A stretch of 64,000 nt of DNA from Bacteroides sp. (lineage in GTDB: Bacteria; Bacteroidota; Bacteroidia; Bacteroidales; UBA7960): NCBI GenBank assembly GCA_036351255.1, contig JAZBOS010000087.1, positions 25,490 through 89,489 of the forward strand, written 5' to 3'. Both the position numbers and the translations under genes were made by a program. The notes under the pieces are model-generated. The model was given only the letters and a program-made list of their open reading frames with translations, did not search any database and was not told where the DNA came from. Below, one piece after another: positions 63,223 to 64,000 of this stretch. Within the stretch, counting starts at the first letter, position 1, and every line of letters begins with the position of its first letter.

Positions 63223-63999
63223 TTATTCATAATCCTTTGCTTCGTTCCAGAAGACATCCATCTCTGATAGACTCATTTTTTTCAATTCCTTGCCGGATTT
63301 TGCGGCTTTCTCCTCAAGGTAGGAAAAACGGTGGATAAACTTTTTGTTGGTACGCTCGAGGGCACTCTCAGGGTTCACATGAATAAAACGGGAGTAGTTA
63401 ATGAGAGCGAAAAGCAGGTCACCAAATTCTTCTTCAATTTTTTGATGGCTGGTACCTTTCTCGATCTCTTCGCGCAATTCATTAAGCTCCTCCTGTACTT
63501 TTTCCCACACCTGTCCTGGATGTTCCCAGTCAAAGCCAATACCACGAGCCTTATCCTGTATCCGGTAAGCCTTCACCATCGCAGGCAGCGAGTTGGGAAC
63601 CCCCGACAAGACCCTCTTTTTTCCTTCCTTCAGCTTGATCTTTTCCCAGTTTTCCTTTACCTGTTCATCGGTATTGGCTTCGACATCGCCATAAATATGG
63701 GGATGGCGCCGTATCAACTTCTCATTGATGCCTTCGAGCACATCGGCAATATCGAAGGCTCCTTTTTCACTTCCAATCTTGGCATAAAAAACAATGTGAA
63801 GCATCAGGTCGCCAAGCTCTTTCTTTATTTCTTCCAGGTCATTCTCAAGGATGGCATCAGCCAGTTCATACGTTTCCTCAATGGTTAAATGGCGGAGGCT
63901 TTCCAGGGTTTGTATTTTATCCCAGGGACATTTTGCCCGCAGGTCATCCATGATTTGGAGCAGTTCTGCAAACTTGCTTAATCGTTTATCCATCATCAA
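63223..63999 (-). CDS. mazG: Nucleoside triphosphate pyrophosphohydrolase MazG
   Basis: Tandem MazG domains carry the EE.YE...AI and E.GDLLF motifs (ETYELADAI, ELGDLMLHI, EFGDLLFAL). The start is 1-2 nt from the window end. Confidence 0.9.
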   Translation of the reverse strand: MMMDKRLSKFAELLQIMDDLRAKCPWDKIQTLESLRHLTIEETYELADAILENDLEEIKKELGDLMLHIVFYAKIGSEKGAFDIADVLEGINEKLIRRHPHIYGDVEANTDEQVKENWEKIKLKEGKKRVLSGVPNSLPAMVKAYRIQDKARGIGFDWEHPGQVWEKVQEELNELREEIEKGTSHQKIEEEFGDLLFALINYSRFIHVNPESALERTNKKFIHRFSYLEEKAAKSGKELKKMSLSEMDVFWNEAKDYE

Positions 64000-64000
64000 A

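Noticed and set aside
1-64000. Mobile elements, prophage or a genomic-island boundary
   Set aside because: No integrase, transposase, tRNA attachment site or long direct repeats were seen. The palindromic elements are too short to be called MITEs with confidence.

Overview
This is a chromosomal segment from a Bacteroidota-type genome. The assignment rests on a PorP/GldK/GldL/GldM/GldN type IX secretion (T9SS) core operon, several proteins with T9SS C-terminal sorting domains, and TAnnTTTG-type promoter boxes. Most of the window is housekeeping: topA (5' end outside the window), fumC plus a class I fumarase, rbfA, pheT, asd, glyQS, a polyprenyl synthase, purN, acpP-fabF-rnc and mazG. These are interleaved with accessory surface and secretion genes: two tandem about 1350-aa C25 gingipain-like peptidases, a lamin-tail-domain protein and a Pmp-like beta-helix protein. 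I found no rRNA, tRNA, CRISPR array, transposase or integrase. The most unusual locus is 39.1-48.3 kb. There a single uninterrupted 1715-aa ORF fuses an SLC12/APC-type cation-chloride-cotransporter-like permease and its cytosolic C-domain, through about 650 aa of unassigned helical sequence, to a C-terminal P-loop ATPase (Walker A GERSSGKS, Walker B IIHDLE, ORC/Cdc6- or Arch_ATPase-like lid) and a winged-helix-like tail. Its stop codon overlaps (ATGA) the start of a minimal MscS-like channel gene. A CPA1-fold antiporter homologue that appears to lack the canonical TDP and ND carboxylates is transcribed divergently from it, followed by a full-length MscS. Immediately downstream lies a family-1 encapsulin operon: an EncFtn-type ferritin-like cargo with a His/Asp-rich linker and a C-terminal targeting peptide, plus the shell gene behind a canonical AGGAGG ribosome-binding site. 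Two convergent intergenic regions carry related palindromic elements that share the 11-mer AGTTTATACGG. All functional calls come from motif recognition in the translated ORFs, with no database search run, and the domain boundaries are approximate.
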